Assembly (NCBI GenBank): GCA_030324005.1
Contig: JARDVH010000163.1
Span: 66,384,063-66,448,062 of the forward strand
Direction: 5' to 3'
Source: Negaprion brevirostris
Taxonomy: Eukaryota
DNA length: 64,000 nt
A program made the translations under genes and the position numbers. This document shows positions 12,769 to 26,700 of the stretch, piece by piece (positions within the stretch are counted from its first letter, which is position 1; every line of letters begins with the position of its first letter). The notes under the pieces are model-generated. The model was given only the letters and a program-made list of their open reading frames with translations. It was not told where the DNA came from and searched no databases.

Positions 12769-12865
12769 CAACTTCTCTATGCTCCGGTTGAGTGACATGA
12801 TTGTTCTCTCCTTTTCAGCATTCTGGATCTTCAGCCTCTCCGTCATGGCAGATAGCTCATTAATC
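12769..12865 (-). CDS. crocc2: CROCC2-like coding exon G
   Basis: ttattctag|G ATT...TTG|gtaaat, 97 bp, phase 2-0. Encodes INELSAMTERLKIQNAEKERTIMSLNRSIEKL. Confidence 0.9.
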
Positions 12866-13324
12866 CTAGAATAAGATCATAGAAGTAACAGTGGGCTGCA
12901 TAAATATCAGCTAAAAACTTTCCTTAAAAGATTCAAAACACTTCACCCAAATCGGGACTGTGAAAAAACTTCTGCTGACTGTCTCAAGGACTGGATATTC
13001 TACTAAGCTACTTTTTCAGGTACTGTGCCCTAACAGGGCATTAGTGATCCTGGACTTCCATTGGATTTGTCTATGTATATGTTTGGCAAAATACAGCAGT
13101 GGTTTGCTGTTGCCTTTTGCAATACGACTGGCCAGGAGATGCTTTACTGCCGGCCACCAGTGCATTGAAGGATTTATAGGCAGAAGTTTAACCTGTTTGA
13201 CTATGTTATTCTGCACTTTCCACAACTATCAAGGCCTGCGATAGGACTTGAACCCAAAGGTATAGGCACTGCACCACAAGACCTCCTGCCCACCAAGTTA
13301 TTTATTTCCTTTATAGCTTTGATA

Positions 13325-13622
13325 GGGTGGCACAGTGGGACAGTGGTTAACACTGCTGCCTCATAGTGCCAGGGATCCGGGTTCTATTCTGGCCTCGGGT
13401 CATTATCTGTGTGGAGTTTGCACATTCTCCCGATATCTGGGTTTCCTCCAGGTGCTCCAGTTTCCTCCCACTGTCCAAAGGTGTGAGGGTTAGGTTGGCC
13501 CTAATGTCAGGAGGATTAGCAGAGTAAATATATGAGATTACAGAAACAGGGCCTGGGTGGGATTGTGGTCAATGCAGACTCAATGGGCCTAATGGCCTCC
13601 TTCTGTCTTGTAGGGATTCTAA
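13325..13622 (+). mobile_element. HE1-like (V-SINE) tRNA-derived shark SINE; 3' part of another copy at ~41750-41910
   Basis: ggtggcacagtgg..cagtggttaacactgctgcctca..gccagggatccgggttc head, gtgtggagtttgcacattctccc V-domain, and CR1-like tail. Confidence 0.8.
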
Positions 13623-14839
13623 GAAGAAAGCAATTCTGAGCTATCTGATTAGTCTCATTCCCCTGTTCTCACTCCATAAATTTGCATATCGTTTCATTTC
13701 AAGTATTCCTGACCATTAAAACTCATTGCATTGAAATGAATTTGTGGGTTTTGTTGCCAATGATTTAAAATCTGTATCCAATGGTTATTGACCCTACTGC
13801 CAGTGAAAACAATTGCTCCTTTTCACTCTGTCGAAACTATTCCTAATTTTGAAAACGTCCATTAAATCTCCCTTTAACCTGCTCTGCTCTAAGCAGAACA
13901 ATTCAAATTTCTCCAGTCTCGCCTTGCAATTTGAAGTTCCTCATTCTTGATACCATTCTAGTAGATTTCCTCTACACATTCTCCAAGGACCCTGGAAACT
14001 TTGTCAACTGCTTTGGTTCACTTCCTCCTATTTTAAAGGTTACACATAAATGCCAATGGACAAAGACCCTTCAACCTCTGTCATAAATCACAATGCCTCT
14101 TCCACAAGGGGACATTTCAATATTCAACTGGCTCCATGAGGTCCTCTTGTGGTGTAAAAATTCACTACTTCAGCAATGCAACTTTAATTGGACTGTGACA
14201 AAATCCCTGAGCAGAGTGGAGTGATGAAATGCTCTTAGATTTTGGAGTAGAATACCCAGAAATGTATTCTGTGCCACAATGTAAAGTCCACCAAAGATGG
14301 TTGGCCAGATCGAGGGATTTCCTTCACACACCGTCCTGGAATAATTTTTACAGTCACTGTAGAGTATCTCAATGTTCAAGATAAATGTGTGGAATTTATT
14401 TTGAAAAACATACTCCCTGCAATTGCTGGAAGATGCCATCAAAACTCTCACACTTGGATTAAATATTAGAATTGTGAAATGTTCACATGGAAGAAAGCTA
14501 TTGTACCCATTCAGTCATGCCTGCTATGAAAGGAATATCCACTTAATCTTGACTTCCATCCCTCTCCCTATACTTGATTAAAATGTTCTTTTCCAAATAT
14601 TATGGATTGTGTGTCTCCCATTGTGTCCGGTTGGATGGTCCACATCCTAACTATCCCCATGTAACCTCAGAAATTCCCCTCGTCTTTCATTTTGTCAATG
14701 ACCTTAAATTCATGCCTTCGAGTTATTGGTCATGGAGAAGTAGAAATAGAATTTGTCACTTTGAACTTGCCAAATCCCGATCAGATCTCCTTGTAACTTA
14801 TAAGTGCCATACAAGTGAGGCTTTAACCATCGCCAAGAG

Positions 14840-15500
14840 ATAATCTGACTATCTCCGCATGACATTCAATGGCATTACTATAGCAGAATCCACTGAATCC
14901 ATTGTTAACATCCCAGGGATAACTCTTGACCAGAAATTGAACTGACTACAACAGCAGGAGAGAGGCTGGGAATTCTGCAGAAAGTAATTCACCTCCTGAT
15001 TACCCAAAGCCTATTCATCATTTACAAGGCTTAAGTCAGGAGTGCCTTAACTATATGAGTGCAGCTCCAAAAACACACAAGAAGCTTGATAAAACAGCGC
15101 ATTCAGTTTGCACCTCTTCTACCAACGAAAACATTCACTCCGTCCCACCACTGACACACAGTGTCAGCAATGTGTACCATCTACAAGATGCACTCCAGGA
15201 ACTTATGAAGGTTCNNNNNNNNNNNNNNNNNNNNNNNNNNNNNNNNNNNNNNNNNNNNNNNNNNNNNNNNNNNNNNNNNNNNNNNNNNNNNNNNNNNNNN
15301 NNNNNNNNNNNNNNNNNNNNNNNNNNNNGCCATTCCTTCACTGTCACTGGGTCACGACCTTGAAACTTACAGTCTAACAGCGCTTTAGTTGTACCTATAC
15401 TGCAGTGTCTACAGCGATTTCAGAAGGCCACCATTGCCTTCTCAAGGACAATTAGGAATGGGCATTAAATGCTGGTCTAGCCAATTATGCATACATCTCA
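14840..15500 (+). mobile_element. LINE 3' fragment whose tail is shared with 30720-31060 and 33430-33680
   Basis: ORF2 remnant (tacaaggc..aagtcaggagtg, gcagctccaaaaacacacaagaagc) and tail ccttctcaaggacaattaggaatgggcattaaatgctggtctagcca. Confidence 0.6.
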
Positions 15501-17449
15501 TGTATAATATCCTAACTATGTTAAGCATTGTGGATATTAAACTAATAGATGTGATTTGCACACCTAGATTCAAACTAACAACATCAGATTTATTCTAGGA
15601 GATTTTTCCCGTGTAGGTAGAAACTGAAACAAAAACAGCAGCCAGTGCAACACCCTAATAACATCGCCATCAAATCACGTGACCTACTCTTAAAGCAATC
15701 ATGCAATCATTTAAATATATAACACCATATAAGCACAAATTTTAAATAATCTCCTCTAACTAAAGCCTCTCTTCATTAGTATTGTGTAATTGAATCTCAG
15801 CTGGACCCTCTCCTTCATCTTAACACTTTTTCTAAATTAAGGTGCCCAAATGGCATTGGCTGTAGTAGGTGATCTTTTATTTTTCACATAAAGTGCTGGC
15901 AAATGCCTGTTTCCCTTCAATGAAATGAAAATAACATTTCTTAAATGAGAACATAGGGTTGCTAGTTTATAAAAGGCCATAGGTCACCTCTGACCAGTCT
16001 AGTAGTCACATTATACAATGATACTGGAGTTGTTTACTAATTATGGCAATTTAGTCTCTATCAGACATAAACATGATAAAGGTATTGTTCCAGGGAGTAG
16101 CTGAGACCAAGACAATCGTTTCAGTCTCAGGGGAACAAAGAGACTGTGTAAGTATTGTGAAAATACACAAACTGCTTCAGATTATTTTCTACTTGCAGCT
16201 GAGCTCTTTTTACATGAAATAACAGTGGTGTCTGCACCCTAGGTAGAGTATGCTCAGTTATACCAACTGGAAATCAAAACCTCATTCTTTTTGACACATT
16301 CTCACTCAGTGTGGTGATAGCAAGTCAGCTGCCCATTCTATACATATCCCCATTTCTATGAAGTCAGAGGGATTAGAACTTGAGAGGGATGTAAAGCAGA
16401 CTTGCTGCTTCACTTTCACCTTTCTTACACAATTGTAGAAAGTCCAACTCTTATCTCACAGAGGTGACTTAATTTTTACTGAGAAAAGGTTTTTGTTTTC
16501 TTCTAAGTTCTACTTGGTGCAGATGATTAATTTTCCCATTTTGTCTGCAGGTGGGCTCATTTTGAATGATATGCTATTAATTACCATTTTTTCCGTGACT
16601 GTCTAATTCACAGCGGTCTAGATAGGATCATATTTTGGGATGGTATAATGTCTTTCACCTGTGGATCAATGAAATGCCTGAGGTGGCACGGAGAATAAAC
16701 TGACTGCAGCATCCCTGGGTTTGATTACCAGTCTGTGTTGAATTAACTAATCTCAGGTAATGAGCTAATGGGTTGGTAAGATTGGTCTCAATAGTCCAGG
16801 CTGACGAGGAGTTGGAAGGAAATCAGCCAGATTTCCTGCTTTGAATCATTATCCAAAGACCCCCACTAGAGAAAATACATCTGCACATGTGCCAGATCAG
16901 TTTAGTCAGTCTGCCTTCACAAGAGGGGTAGGTCCTCCTCCCCTCTGTGTAATAGCGTAAAACAAGTAATTGTAAATCAGCAGCTCTTTTAAAGTCAATG
17001 GAAATAAAATTTGAAGAAATTCAAAACAGGTTGCTCACAATCATCTATTTTATACAAATGAACAAGACAGGATCTACACCAAGGTGTGCAGAATAACAGA
17101 GAATAACCATCCATGCTGAACATTCCAAAATGGAGAAACANNNNNNNNNNGAAACAGAAGGATTGAGTCATGGAATTATACAGTGCAGGCAATCTCCACT
17201 CAGTTCCATCCGTCTGCCCTCGACACATCGTTTTACAATTTACTTCTCAAAAATCTATTTCCCCTTAAAAACATTTGTGAATTTTGCCTCTTGAACTGTT
17301 TAAATGCCTTATCAATCCTCCATATAGAACAAAAACTTTCCTTTCATTCTTTTAATGAATAATCTTAAATTTGTGCTACATTGTTACAAGCAAAACCATA
17401 AACAAAGATGTAGGACAAAAACTGGTCCAACACAACTGTCCCTCAATTT

Positions 17450-18460
17450 AAAAATCTATCTTTATGTTCAAACCGCTCCATGGCGTCACCCCTCAATATC
17501 CCTGCTACCTCCTTAAGCCCCTACAAGTCTTTGAGAAACTGTGTTCCTCCAACTTAAGCCTCCCTTATTCTTCCATACCCTTTCTCTCATCATTGGTGGC
17601 CATGCGTACAACTGTCCAGGCATTAAGCTCTTGAATTTCATCCTTAAATTTTTTTCCATTCTCTTCCTTTAAGACTCTTCTTAAAATCTACCTCTTTGAT
17701 CCCATTATCCTTCCGAGTATCTCTTGCTTTTGCTTTGTCTGACCTATGAAGCACTTTAAGGTTTTTTCCTACGTTAAGCACTCTATAAACATATAAGTTG
17801 TTGTTTCTATTTCTAATACTACCCCACTGGAATGTCATACAGGAACATAACATCCAGTTCTTCGTATACGTTCAGCTCTATTTCACCCCCAAGTTTCTAA
17901 ACCCCCTTGTAGTCTCTGATTTGTCACCTGCTTGTCTAACATCCAGTATCGGATGAGCAGAAATTTCCTCCATCTAAATACTGGAGTGCCATTAACATTG
18001 TTCCCCATCACAAACTTGGGCCAGGATTTTATAGCCCTGCCAAACTGTGCTCCCCGCACCCCCCCTCACTCCGCGAATGTGGTCGATTATTTGAATTAAT
18101 ATTCCATTGGGCGTGAGGGGCCATAAAATCCTGGCCTTGGTTCTCTTCAACCTTTTCCCAGCTTGGCAACTGTTATAAGCTGAGCAAGAAAGTTGCTCCC
18201 TTGCTGTTGCTTTTTCTTAAAGGTGTGTTTCCGACCACATCTCTGCACAATCACCAAGAAAGTCAACTTCCGCCTCTAATGTGGATCATCTCTGACCCTG
18301 CCTCTGCTCATCAGCTACTGAAAATCTCATCCATGTTTTTATTTAACCGATTCTAACATTCTTCTGCCTGGCCTCCAATCTTCCATCTTGTGTTCTTCCA
18401 TATGTCTGGTGCCCATACATTAAGGACCTCCAAAGTTCATTCACCCATCAGACCAGTCAT
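17450..18460 (+). mobile_element. L2-like LINE fragments; similar remnants at ~46880-47560 and ~59820-60650
   Basis: Degenerate L2 3' region: tttaaaa.tct..atcttt.tgttcaaacc.ctccatggc, ctcttcttaaaatctacctctttga, tail gcactctataaacatataagttgttgtt. Confidence 0.55.
18018..18136. mobile_element. Harbinger-type MITE inserted in the L2 fragment
   Basis: Inverted termini ggccaggattttat...ataaaatcctggcc. Confidence 0.7.
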
Positions 18461-18685
18461 TCTGGACAGAGATGAGAGAGAACTGAAGCACCAGTTTATT
18501 TCTCTTGCTGTCTACTTTGGAAAGAAAAATTTGTCTGTTTCTTAACTGCTGAGTGTATGGTAAATTAAACTTTCAGCAGCAAGCTTTTAATGAGTTTGAA
18601 TAAAAAGGACTGTTTATTCACATCTCACCCTGAAAATCTAACACCACATCACAAACTCAAACATTCCATGAGAAAATAGTTAGCG

Positions 18686-18755
18686 CGCACACATACACAA
18701 ACACACAAACACACACACACACACAAACACACACACACGCACGTGCGCAGACACA
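18686..18755 (+). repeat. Imperfect (CA)n microsatellite
   Basis: cacacatacacaaacacacaaacacacacacac... Confidence 0.9.
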
Positions 18756-18879
18756 TGAGAAAATACAGTTAAAGAGGACAGGGTACTTTTGCAAGTTACA
18801 AAATGATAATTCATAAGCCAAATGTGCCAAGAACCAGAATTTTTTTAGTTGTGGTTATTGGAAGTGAGTTATAGCTTTA

Positions 18880-19966
18880 AGCAACTTTACTTTTGTGTTT
18901 CTGTATTTGAAACAACTAATTACTTGAGTTTGGTTTAAATGTATGCATGGTAATGAGGATTTATGACATGAAAGCAAACATGGTTTCAAGGAAAACTAGG
19001 CTGCTTAGCAGCCAGGGACTACTACAGGACAAGAAGAACTTTTGAGTTAGTTGTAAGCTCGAGACAGGAGGAGCTGGACAGGTCAAAGGAGCTGCAGAAA
19101 GCAGACTTCCTAAAAAAAGGAAGTCCCGAAAGAAACAAAAGTGAGGACAAAGAGGTTGTTTCAAGAAGACAGTTGATTATAGGACATGGTGCTGTTCAGA
19201 AAAATTCAAATAAAAACAGATAAAGAGCTCTGAGTTAAAAGGACAACTTCAAGAACCAGATTTAAAGTTTGCTGGATGAGAAGTCAGGCATTTAAGGTAT
19301 ATCAAAAGTTTGGTGACATCTTAAGACAGCCCGTGAAACAACAGTGTTCTGTTGGCATGGTTGGATGCCTGAAAAATTGCATTGAAGCTTAAATGCACGT
19401 GGCAATCCAAGGCAGAGGAATACCGAAAAGAGAGAATGAAATCCTGGAAGTGGATCATTCATGAAAGCATCCGAGGTAAAGCTTTGCTGGGAGGAAGATT
19501 CCAAACATATTCTTCAAGAGTGGCATTTGGAAACACTCATGTGGAAGCCAGAGTTCCAGTGAGGCCAGTTGGTTCAGAGTATGAGGAGCTGATCAGAAAT
19601 CCACAGAAGTTGTGTTGGGTGACATCTGCCACTTGGTTTCATAGTGTGGTGCGTCTGACCACATTTGGCCTGTTGGATTACATGGACTGAGAATATTTGA
19701 GTGTAAGATATACTTTGTACCTTGTGCTATCCTTACAAATCTGTGTACAGCTGTAAAGATATAGGTGGGGTGAAGGAGTAATGCGTTACAGTTAATACTT
19801 TTCCTGTTCAATAAATGTTTTATTCGTTTATTAAATGTTAATCATCATTCCTCTGGTTTTATTCATCCACATTTCTAAATAAAAAATTAGAATGTACAAT
19901 CCATCGAGCTGGAGTTCCACTCTGGGACTTGACTGCCCAGTAGTAACATCAAATGGGATTGTATAC
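18880..19966 (+). mobile_element. Probable solo LTR
   Basis: About 1.1 kb purine-rich non-coding block with AATAAA at ~19810, ending ...taacatcaaatgggattgtataca. Left boundary uncertain. Confidence 0.4.
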
Positions 19967-20168
19967 ATGATTGGCTCATCTTGGTGCAGGGGTCTGATGA
20001 TAAAGTGTTTTTTTCCATTTTTTAAGTCTGGCTAGGAGAATTCAAAATCCAAAGTGGTTTCTGAAAGTTGTTACAAGATTCCCTGAAAGAGGAGGATTTT
20101 CAGCAAGTCACAAAAGTTATTTGCTTGTTGGCTTATTACCAGGAGATCAGTTTACTGCATGGTGGCCA

Positions 20169-20388
20169 AAAGAGAAAACACTAGAAAATCTCAGCAGGTC
20201 TGGCAGCATCTGTAAGGAGAGAAAAGAGCTGATGTTTCGAGTCCAAATGACCCTTGTCAATGCTTTGGCAAAGGGTCATCTAGGCTTGAAATGTCAGCTC
20301 TTTCCTCTCCTTACAGGTGCTGCCAGGCGTGCTGAGATTTTCCAGCATTTTCTCTTTTGGCTTCAGATTCCACAGTAATTTGCTTTTA
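20169..20388. mobile_element. Short palindromic Penelope pLTR-derived element
   Basis: Arms gaaaatctcagcaggtctggcagcatctgtaaggagag...tgaccctt and aagggtca...ctctccttacaggtgctgccagg..tgctgagattttc. Confidence 0.85.
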
Positions 20389-22192
20389 CTGTACTGGTGG
20401 ACTTCAAAAGAAATAGGCTTGGGGAACTTAACAACGTTGCAGTGTACAGTTTTGTAGCATTGATGTTACTGACATTGTTGATGATGTTTTTGTTGTGTTT
20501 TTTGCAGACTGGCTAGCTTTTCGGGGAATAAGATTCGTTATGTGTGGTCAGTTTCAGGCATATAACCACATGATCAATACTTTTCTATTGTTTATAAAGA
20601 ATGATGTAAAGGTAGAAGCCATTACAGCACAATAGTGATCATTCACACCAATATATGATGACCTTGTTTCTCTACACCTTTTTTTACTTTAGAGCTCAGA
20701 GGCCCTGAGTCTGGGAATCCATAGATTTTGAGTTCTGGGTGAATCCATAAACAAAAGGAAGTGTGAATTCCACAGATAATTTTGTCTAAATATGTTCATT
20801 CAAGAGGTGGACCCCACCCATGGTCATTCAATTGGGAATTTTCAAAAGTCTTAAGGTCATTCTGAGTTTGAGCAGAAATTGCAAAAACCACCTGATCCTT
20901 AGCAGACTTTTAGTATCAATTTTTAGAAGACAAAACATTCCGGACAATTGTATACTGAATGCAACCTATGTTTACAGTTATGTATATGACTCACTTTCAC
21001 TAGTCATGTCAGTATGCTTGTGATTGTGAACTGGTGCACCGTATAAGTGCACATTAATTTCAATATCCTCATCATTGATTTCAAATCTTTCCATTGCCTT
21101 CTCCTTTCATGCCCCTGTAATCTCCCCCAACCTGACAAAATTCGAATCTCCCTGCATTCAAATTGTGACTTCTTGTGAATCCATGTCTTTAATCAGTCCA
21201 ACATTGGACAACCGTGCTTTCAGCTACCTGGGCTCAGGAATTTATGCCCTAACCCTCTCCAACAGAGGGCCAAATGGACAACTCCTACTTCTTGTTTCTA
21301 TGTTTTGATTAAAGGGATCAAGGCACATGGGGCAAAGGTGGGATCAGGATATTGAATTTGCTGATCAACCATGATCAAAATGAATGGCAGAGCAGGATCG
21401 AAGCGCTGAATGGTCTATCCCTGCTTCTAATTTCTATCTATATACTCTCTCTCCTCTTTAAGAAGTTTATAAAAACCTTTGATTCTGCTGTTGGGTATTA
21501 AAAATGTTTTGATTTATTTTGCTCTTGTTAGGCACCTTTGGAGGTTTTACTAAATATAATTTGTTTTTGTTGCTGTTATCCCCTATATCTGTGATCCCTT
21601 GCGCATCAGATCAAGGGATTCCCTACGCTGCTCGATACCATCTAGTCTCTTGAGACAGATAAATATAAAACTCCAGATCCAAAACCCAAAGTCATCTGGA
21701 AGTAATAAAATCTGCAAAATTCCTTCCTGATTCCTTCAAGTGGTCAAAGTTAGTTCAGGAGTCCACATTAGTCATGACTCATATTAATTGATACCCATTT
21801 TTAATGCAATCTCTACTTCAGCCAAAAACTCCAGCTCTCTCTTGAAGGCACGCAGTGAATCATCAGGTACATTCGCACCCTGTCCACCAAACCTAGGTTC
21901 CACCAGAATGCAGAATAATGTGATGGAAGGGATCTCACCCTTTCCCCACAGCAATTTAAAATTACAATAGCACAAAGCAGCCATGTTCTACAAATTACTA
22001 ATCAGTTAGTAGTCTGGGCACTTAATAGCCTTGACTAGTTAATTATGAAAGAGTAAACTGGTTAACATGAGATCTGGGAAGGTCATGTTGGCGCTCAAGG
22101 GAAACTCTCTAAAGGCTGGAATCAAGATACATTGAGCAGGAAACACCTCTAAAGTCCTTACTTCATTACCACCAAGTGTTATTTCACCCTAC

Positions 22193-22420
22193 CTTGCATG
22201 GAGCTCTGCCTTGTCTGCATCACACTTGCTCTGCAGTTGAATCATCTCTTTGACCTTATCTCGGAGCTGCTGTTCAAGCCTTCCACTTTGCATTGTGTGC
22301 TTCTCCAGTGTAGAAGTAGTACTCGCCTGAGACTGACGCAAGTTGGACTCCAGGTTCAAGCAGGCCATCTGCAGGCGCCGGGATGTCTGAGCAACATCAG
22401 TTTTCACCTCCAGGAGACTC
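22193..22420 (-). CDS. crocc2: CROCC2-like coding exon F
   Basis: ctcttcag|G AGT...AG|gtag, 228 bp, phase 2-2. Encodes SLLEVKTDVAQTSRRLQMACLNL...QLRDKVKEMIQLQSKCDADKAELHA(R). Confidence 0.93.
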
Positions 22421-23129
22421 CTGAAGAGTTGGGGGTTGGTGTTGGGGAACAAACAGACAGATCTCCTGGTCAACCCATACAGTACAAAGACAATTATTGT
22501 TAGTGTTTGTCAAAACAAAGGAACAAAACCAGAAATCATGTACCCTGCTCTTTCCCCCTCCCCAACATGGTTGAGCAAATTTAGCCATTAAGCAGGAGAG
22601 AATACAAAATGATTGAGGAGATAGAGGGATTGAATAATAAGGTGCAATTATGTAACTTTGTTCACAGCATATGAACATATGTAACTTCTAACAAACGTAC
22701 ATGAGTTAGATTGCAGACCACGACTAATAATCTTAAATTGGTTGCGAGTGTAATTCTCAGCTGTCCAATTGCAAAATCACATCAAAAGTTAGACATTATG
22801 TTCTGAGTTTTGCAAGCATGGACTGATTGAAAATGGTCAGTACTCTACCTATTGTGAACAGCTGGAGGACATGATGTTTGATACCATCCATCAGTTATTA
22901 GAATGTACAACCTATGTACCTGACATCGTACTGGCACTGAAATTCATATACCACATTGCTCATTCATGTGACAGTAGCATCCTGTTACTGGTGAATCATA
23001 CTTGTGCTGTTACTGCATAATAGTAGAGTGAACAGCTAGCTTCACCTGTTGCTCAAATTTTTGAGACATTTTGCCCTTCTCGGTAATTGAGGTTCAATGG
23101 GCACTTTTCAGGACAGAAGTTGATGACCT

Positions 23130-23640
23130 TCGGCCCATTCACGACTATACATTATACACAATGAGCAATGATCTGAGTGAGATAGTCATTATATCACAGG
23201 ATAGATTTGATGCACCCAATTTCAGTCTCAAGTTTGCACAGTGAATAAGTTGTTCAGAGCCTATTTACAAAATTACCAATAAGGGCAATCTTACAATATG
23301 TGGAGTTGTAGGAATCCTAAACAAGAGAATTCTTACATGTAGCTGCAGATTCAAATATAGCAAGGATGCTGGGAATATGTAAGGGGTACGAAGTTAGGTG
23401 TCATCCCATTGAAAATGTGTCTCTTGTGGAAACTGTGAAAAAGATTAACGAAAGCAAAGCCTCGAGGGAATCCCATGGCAACACCATCTATTTGGGCATT
23501 CATGGTGCCATTAAAGTTAAACTGCACTGTGCAAGTTGCTGAATTCATAAGTTCACCGAACACAGATCCAGAAAACAGCAGCACATCTAGATTCGCAGGA
23601 TATAGTGACGCAGTGCAAGCATCAATGGCTTCCTTGAGAT
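23130..23640 (-). mobile_element. Penelope-like RT fragment
   Basis: ORF 23351-23584 VQFNFNGTMNAQIDGVAMGFP matches the PLE F.FNG..Y.Q.DGVAMGSP motif. Confidence 0.75.
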
Positions 23641-23959
23641 GGCACCTCTGACACTTCAGTGTCCCTCAGAATGGAATGCTATTCTTGATTTTCCAGCTCA
23701 AATTGGACTTGAGTCTGGAACCTTCTGGTGCAAAAGCAAGAGTTCTACCAATTGAACCATAGCAGAAGGCAAACTAAACAGATTTTTTTTTAAATCTAGC
23801 AATTCCAGTGTTCTCATAAAGAAGGTGCCAAGTGCCATGCTGAGCTAATTGAAGGTAGTTAGGTGTAACCATGATTGTACCCAATGGTTTAAAAGGGAGG
23901 ATTTCTTCTTCTTTGTTGTGACAACAGTCCAGTCCAATTCGACAGCTAATAGGGCTTAC

Positions 23960-24066
23960 CGCTCCGTCCCACTCCTCAGATCAGTAAGATCACTGCGGAC
24001 CGTGGCTACCTGCTGCCATAGTGCCAGCAGCCTGCCATGCTCACTGCAATGGCGCAAGCCATATGT
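23960..24066 (-). CDS. crocc2: CROCC2-like coding exon E
   Basis: tttttctag|ACA...CG|gtaag, 107 bp, phase 0-2. Encodes TYGLRHCSEHGRLLALWQQVATVRSDLTDLRSGTE(R), matching rootletin EHSRLLLLWRQV. Confidence 0.92.
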
Positions 24067-24559
24067 CTAGAAAAAAATAAGAGACAAAATGGGAAGTATT
24101 TTTTCTGATGCCTTTTAACATTGCTGTTACAAGAATATTGAACATTGAGTTAAATAATTTATTTTAGGGTTACACCAGGTAAAATTTTTCCTGAAAAAGC
24201 AGTTGTCATCTTAAGAGAGTACCTTAGAAGCAATGGTGTGATGTGTTGCAGTTCACTCAGGGAGTCTGTGTTTCTGTGGCAACATGTATATGTTTTTATA
24301 TTGTTGTAGTCTGCAGCTGTGAAAATTGATGGTAGAGGCTCCAATATCCTTTCCAGGAAATGTTGACCAAGAATCTCTCCCGTTCTTACCGCCTGTCATT
24401 GGCTTTATGAATGCAGCTGCCATGGCCATCAAGTCCTTGGGTATTACCCAAACCTTGAGATTCTTGCTCAGCAGCAGAGGTGCTACCCACTGCACCACAA
24501 GACACCCTAGAAGAGTTTGTAAGCTTAGACAACTTGGACAATTTACTCTGCCCCTCATC

Positions 24560-25060
24560 TAGAGGAATAACTGGAACAGGCGAAAGATGTATTGGGGGAT
24601 GGAAATATAGAACGGGACATTGCTGCTGATTGGCCAAGCTTGTGTTAATACATGCTAACTGATTAGTTGACTGTGCAGAATAGATGGTAATATGTTTCTT
24701 GAACAAAGGTAACCAGATGTCACTAACCAAAAGGCACCTGTCCTGGGGGATGGTGTGGCATTGCAAATTTCCATGGCGGTTTTGGTAAGTCTTGCATGCA
24801 AATGTATGATGCATGAGATAAGTCTAAAATTGGACCATTGGATGTGGTGTCCATGTTTGATAATAGTTGACTTGTTCTATTTGTGACAATTGAAACAGAT
24901 TTGATGCTCCTTGAGTATAGTGTGCAGGCTGCCAATTGTTTCCCCAAAGTACACGGGTCCACAAGCATTTTTCGCAGTATAACAACTGGAATTCAACATC
25001 AACAAGGTAGAGAAATAGCACCAAGGATCTTCTTTTAGACACTTCAATTCATATATTTAC
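24560..25060 (-). mobile_element. Penelope-like thumb/linker fragment, probably the same family as 23130-23640
   Basis: Degenerate FLDV.VE (ccttgttgatgttgaa), YTRW-like (acccgtgtacttt) and GP.KCP..L.LPW-like remnants. Confidence 0.5.
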
Positions 25061-25129
25061 TGCAGATCAGAGGAATTTCATAGTCACCAAGACCAAGAAG
25101 AGTATAACAAATACTCTATACCTTCTCAA

Positions 25130-26700
25130 CATTGATATCTATTTTTAAAAAACTCACAAAGATCCCACCTCTGCTATTGAGGGAAAAATCAATACCAAGT
25201 CACTCTCAACACAGGGATAATGTTTTATCCAAGGCTTTGGATAATAAACGTTTATTACTTTTTCTTCTAGTCCAATTTTACATTAGAAGCACGAAATCCA
25301 CAGATCAGATGCCCTGCTGAGACCTATCTTCATGGAAGGTTCCCCAACAGGCAAGACAGCTCAACACCTGCAGCCACTAATTGGGAAACATACACAAAAT
25401 ATCACAAACTCTAAACATTTCATTTAGGGAATACAGCAAACCACAAACATCTCTTAAAAAACACAGGTCACTTTTGATTTTGGGTTACTGTTCATCAATG
25501 TACACATCTTAGGAACCTGTCTCATTATCAAACAATGTTTGGAAAAAGTCTTTTCCTTATCTACAAGAACTGCGATGTCACCAGATCAAATTTTCTACTC
25601 GTGTTGAAATTGAGCATCACTCCAATGGCAAGGTTCCTATTTCAAACAAATAAATTATGCTGCTATGGGATCTCCATTGTCACCAACATTTTTATGGTCG
25701 AGATCAAACAAGCAGCACTTCAATTTGCTCATCTTCAAACTAGACTCTAGCTTCGATATGACACATTCCCCATATGGTTAGATAGGAGAGAATTTCACAG
25801 CTTTCTACAGCACCATAATAGCCAACATTCAAGTATTGTCTTTACTGTGGAGATTGAAGTATAACATTACTTATCTCTTCTTGATGTTGCCATCACCAAG
25901 TCTCACAGTGCATACAAATACATCAAGTCAACTGTAAACCCATTCAAACTGACAGATATCTCAACTATCGGCACTGTACTTTTCTTCATCTCTTCACCCT
26001 CTAATTGGTTTCCAACATCCTCTTTAAAAAAGCCTACTCCATCCTTGACTAGAAACATCTAAGAACATAAGAACATAAGAAATAGGAGCAGGAGTAGGCC
26101 ATCTAGCCCNNNNNNNNNNNNNNNNNNNNNNNNNNNNNNNNNNNNNNNNNNNNNNNNNNNNNNNNNNNNNNNNNNNNNNNNNNNNNNNNNNNNNNNNNNN
26201 NNNNNNNNNATGCTATCCTTAATCAGCAGAGCTACGCCCCCCCCCTTTTTCCTCCCGCCTATCCTTCCTAAACACTTCTACAACAAGAGTGTTGTCATGT
26301 TAAGTCTACACATCAATTCAAAGGGCTCTCTACATACAAAGATAACACATACCCATCTGTTACTCACTCCATAGCAGTTACTTCCACAAAAACAAAAGTC
26401 AGCTTCCTGTACATCAATCCCACCTTGCACAGAGTGCAACATATACTGAAGTCAGTGGACATCAACTCCGATACAAGTCATCTAAGAAGCTACACTCACA
26501 TCTACACATCTACAAAGACAAGGAACCACCTTGCAACAAATCACAAACTCACAGCAGTACATTTAATTATGGACCTGTTTGCATTGAGGAAACAGGTCAC
26601 AGCCAACACATTAGATTCAAGGAATATCAAACTTGCTTTAATGCGACAAGTCAGCTATAGACAAACACACTCAACTTAATAATCATCATATCCATTAATC
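25130..26700 (+). mobile_element. Old, heavily degraded Penelope-like element, interrupted by a CR1 tail at 26060-26109 and a gap
   Basis: Collinear remnants of GLPKIHK (~25380), SLFTNV (~25485), AAMGSPLSP (gctgctatgggatctccattgtcacca, ~25660), FLDV (~25875) and KP..TDRYLNY (~25935). Confidence 0.65.
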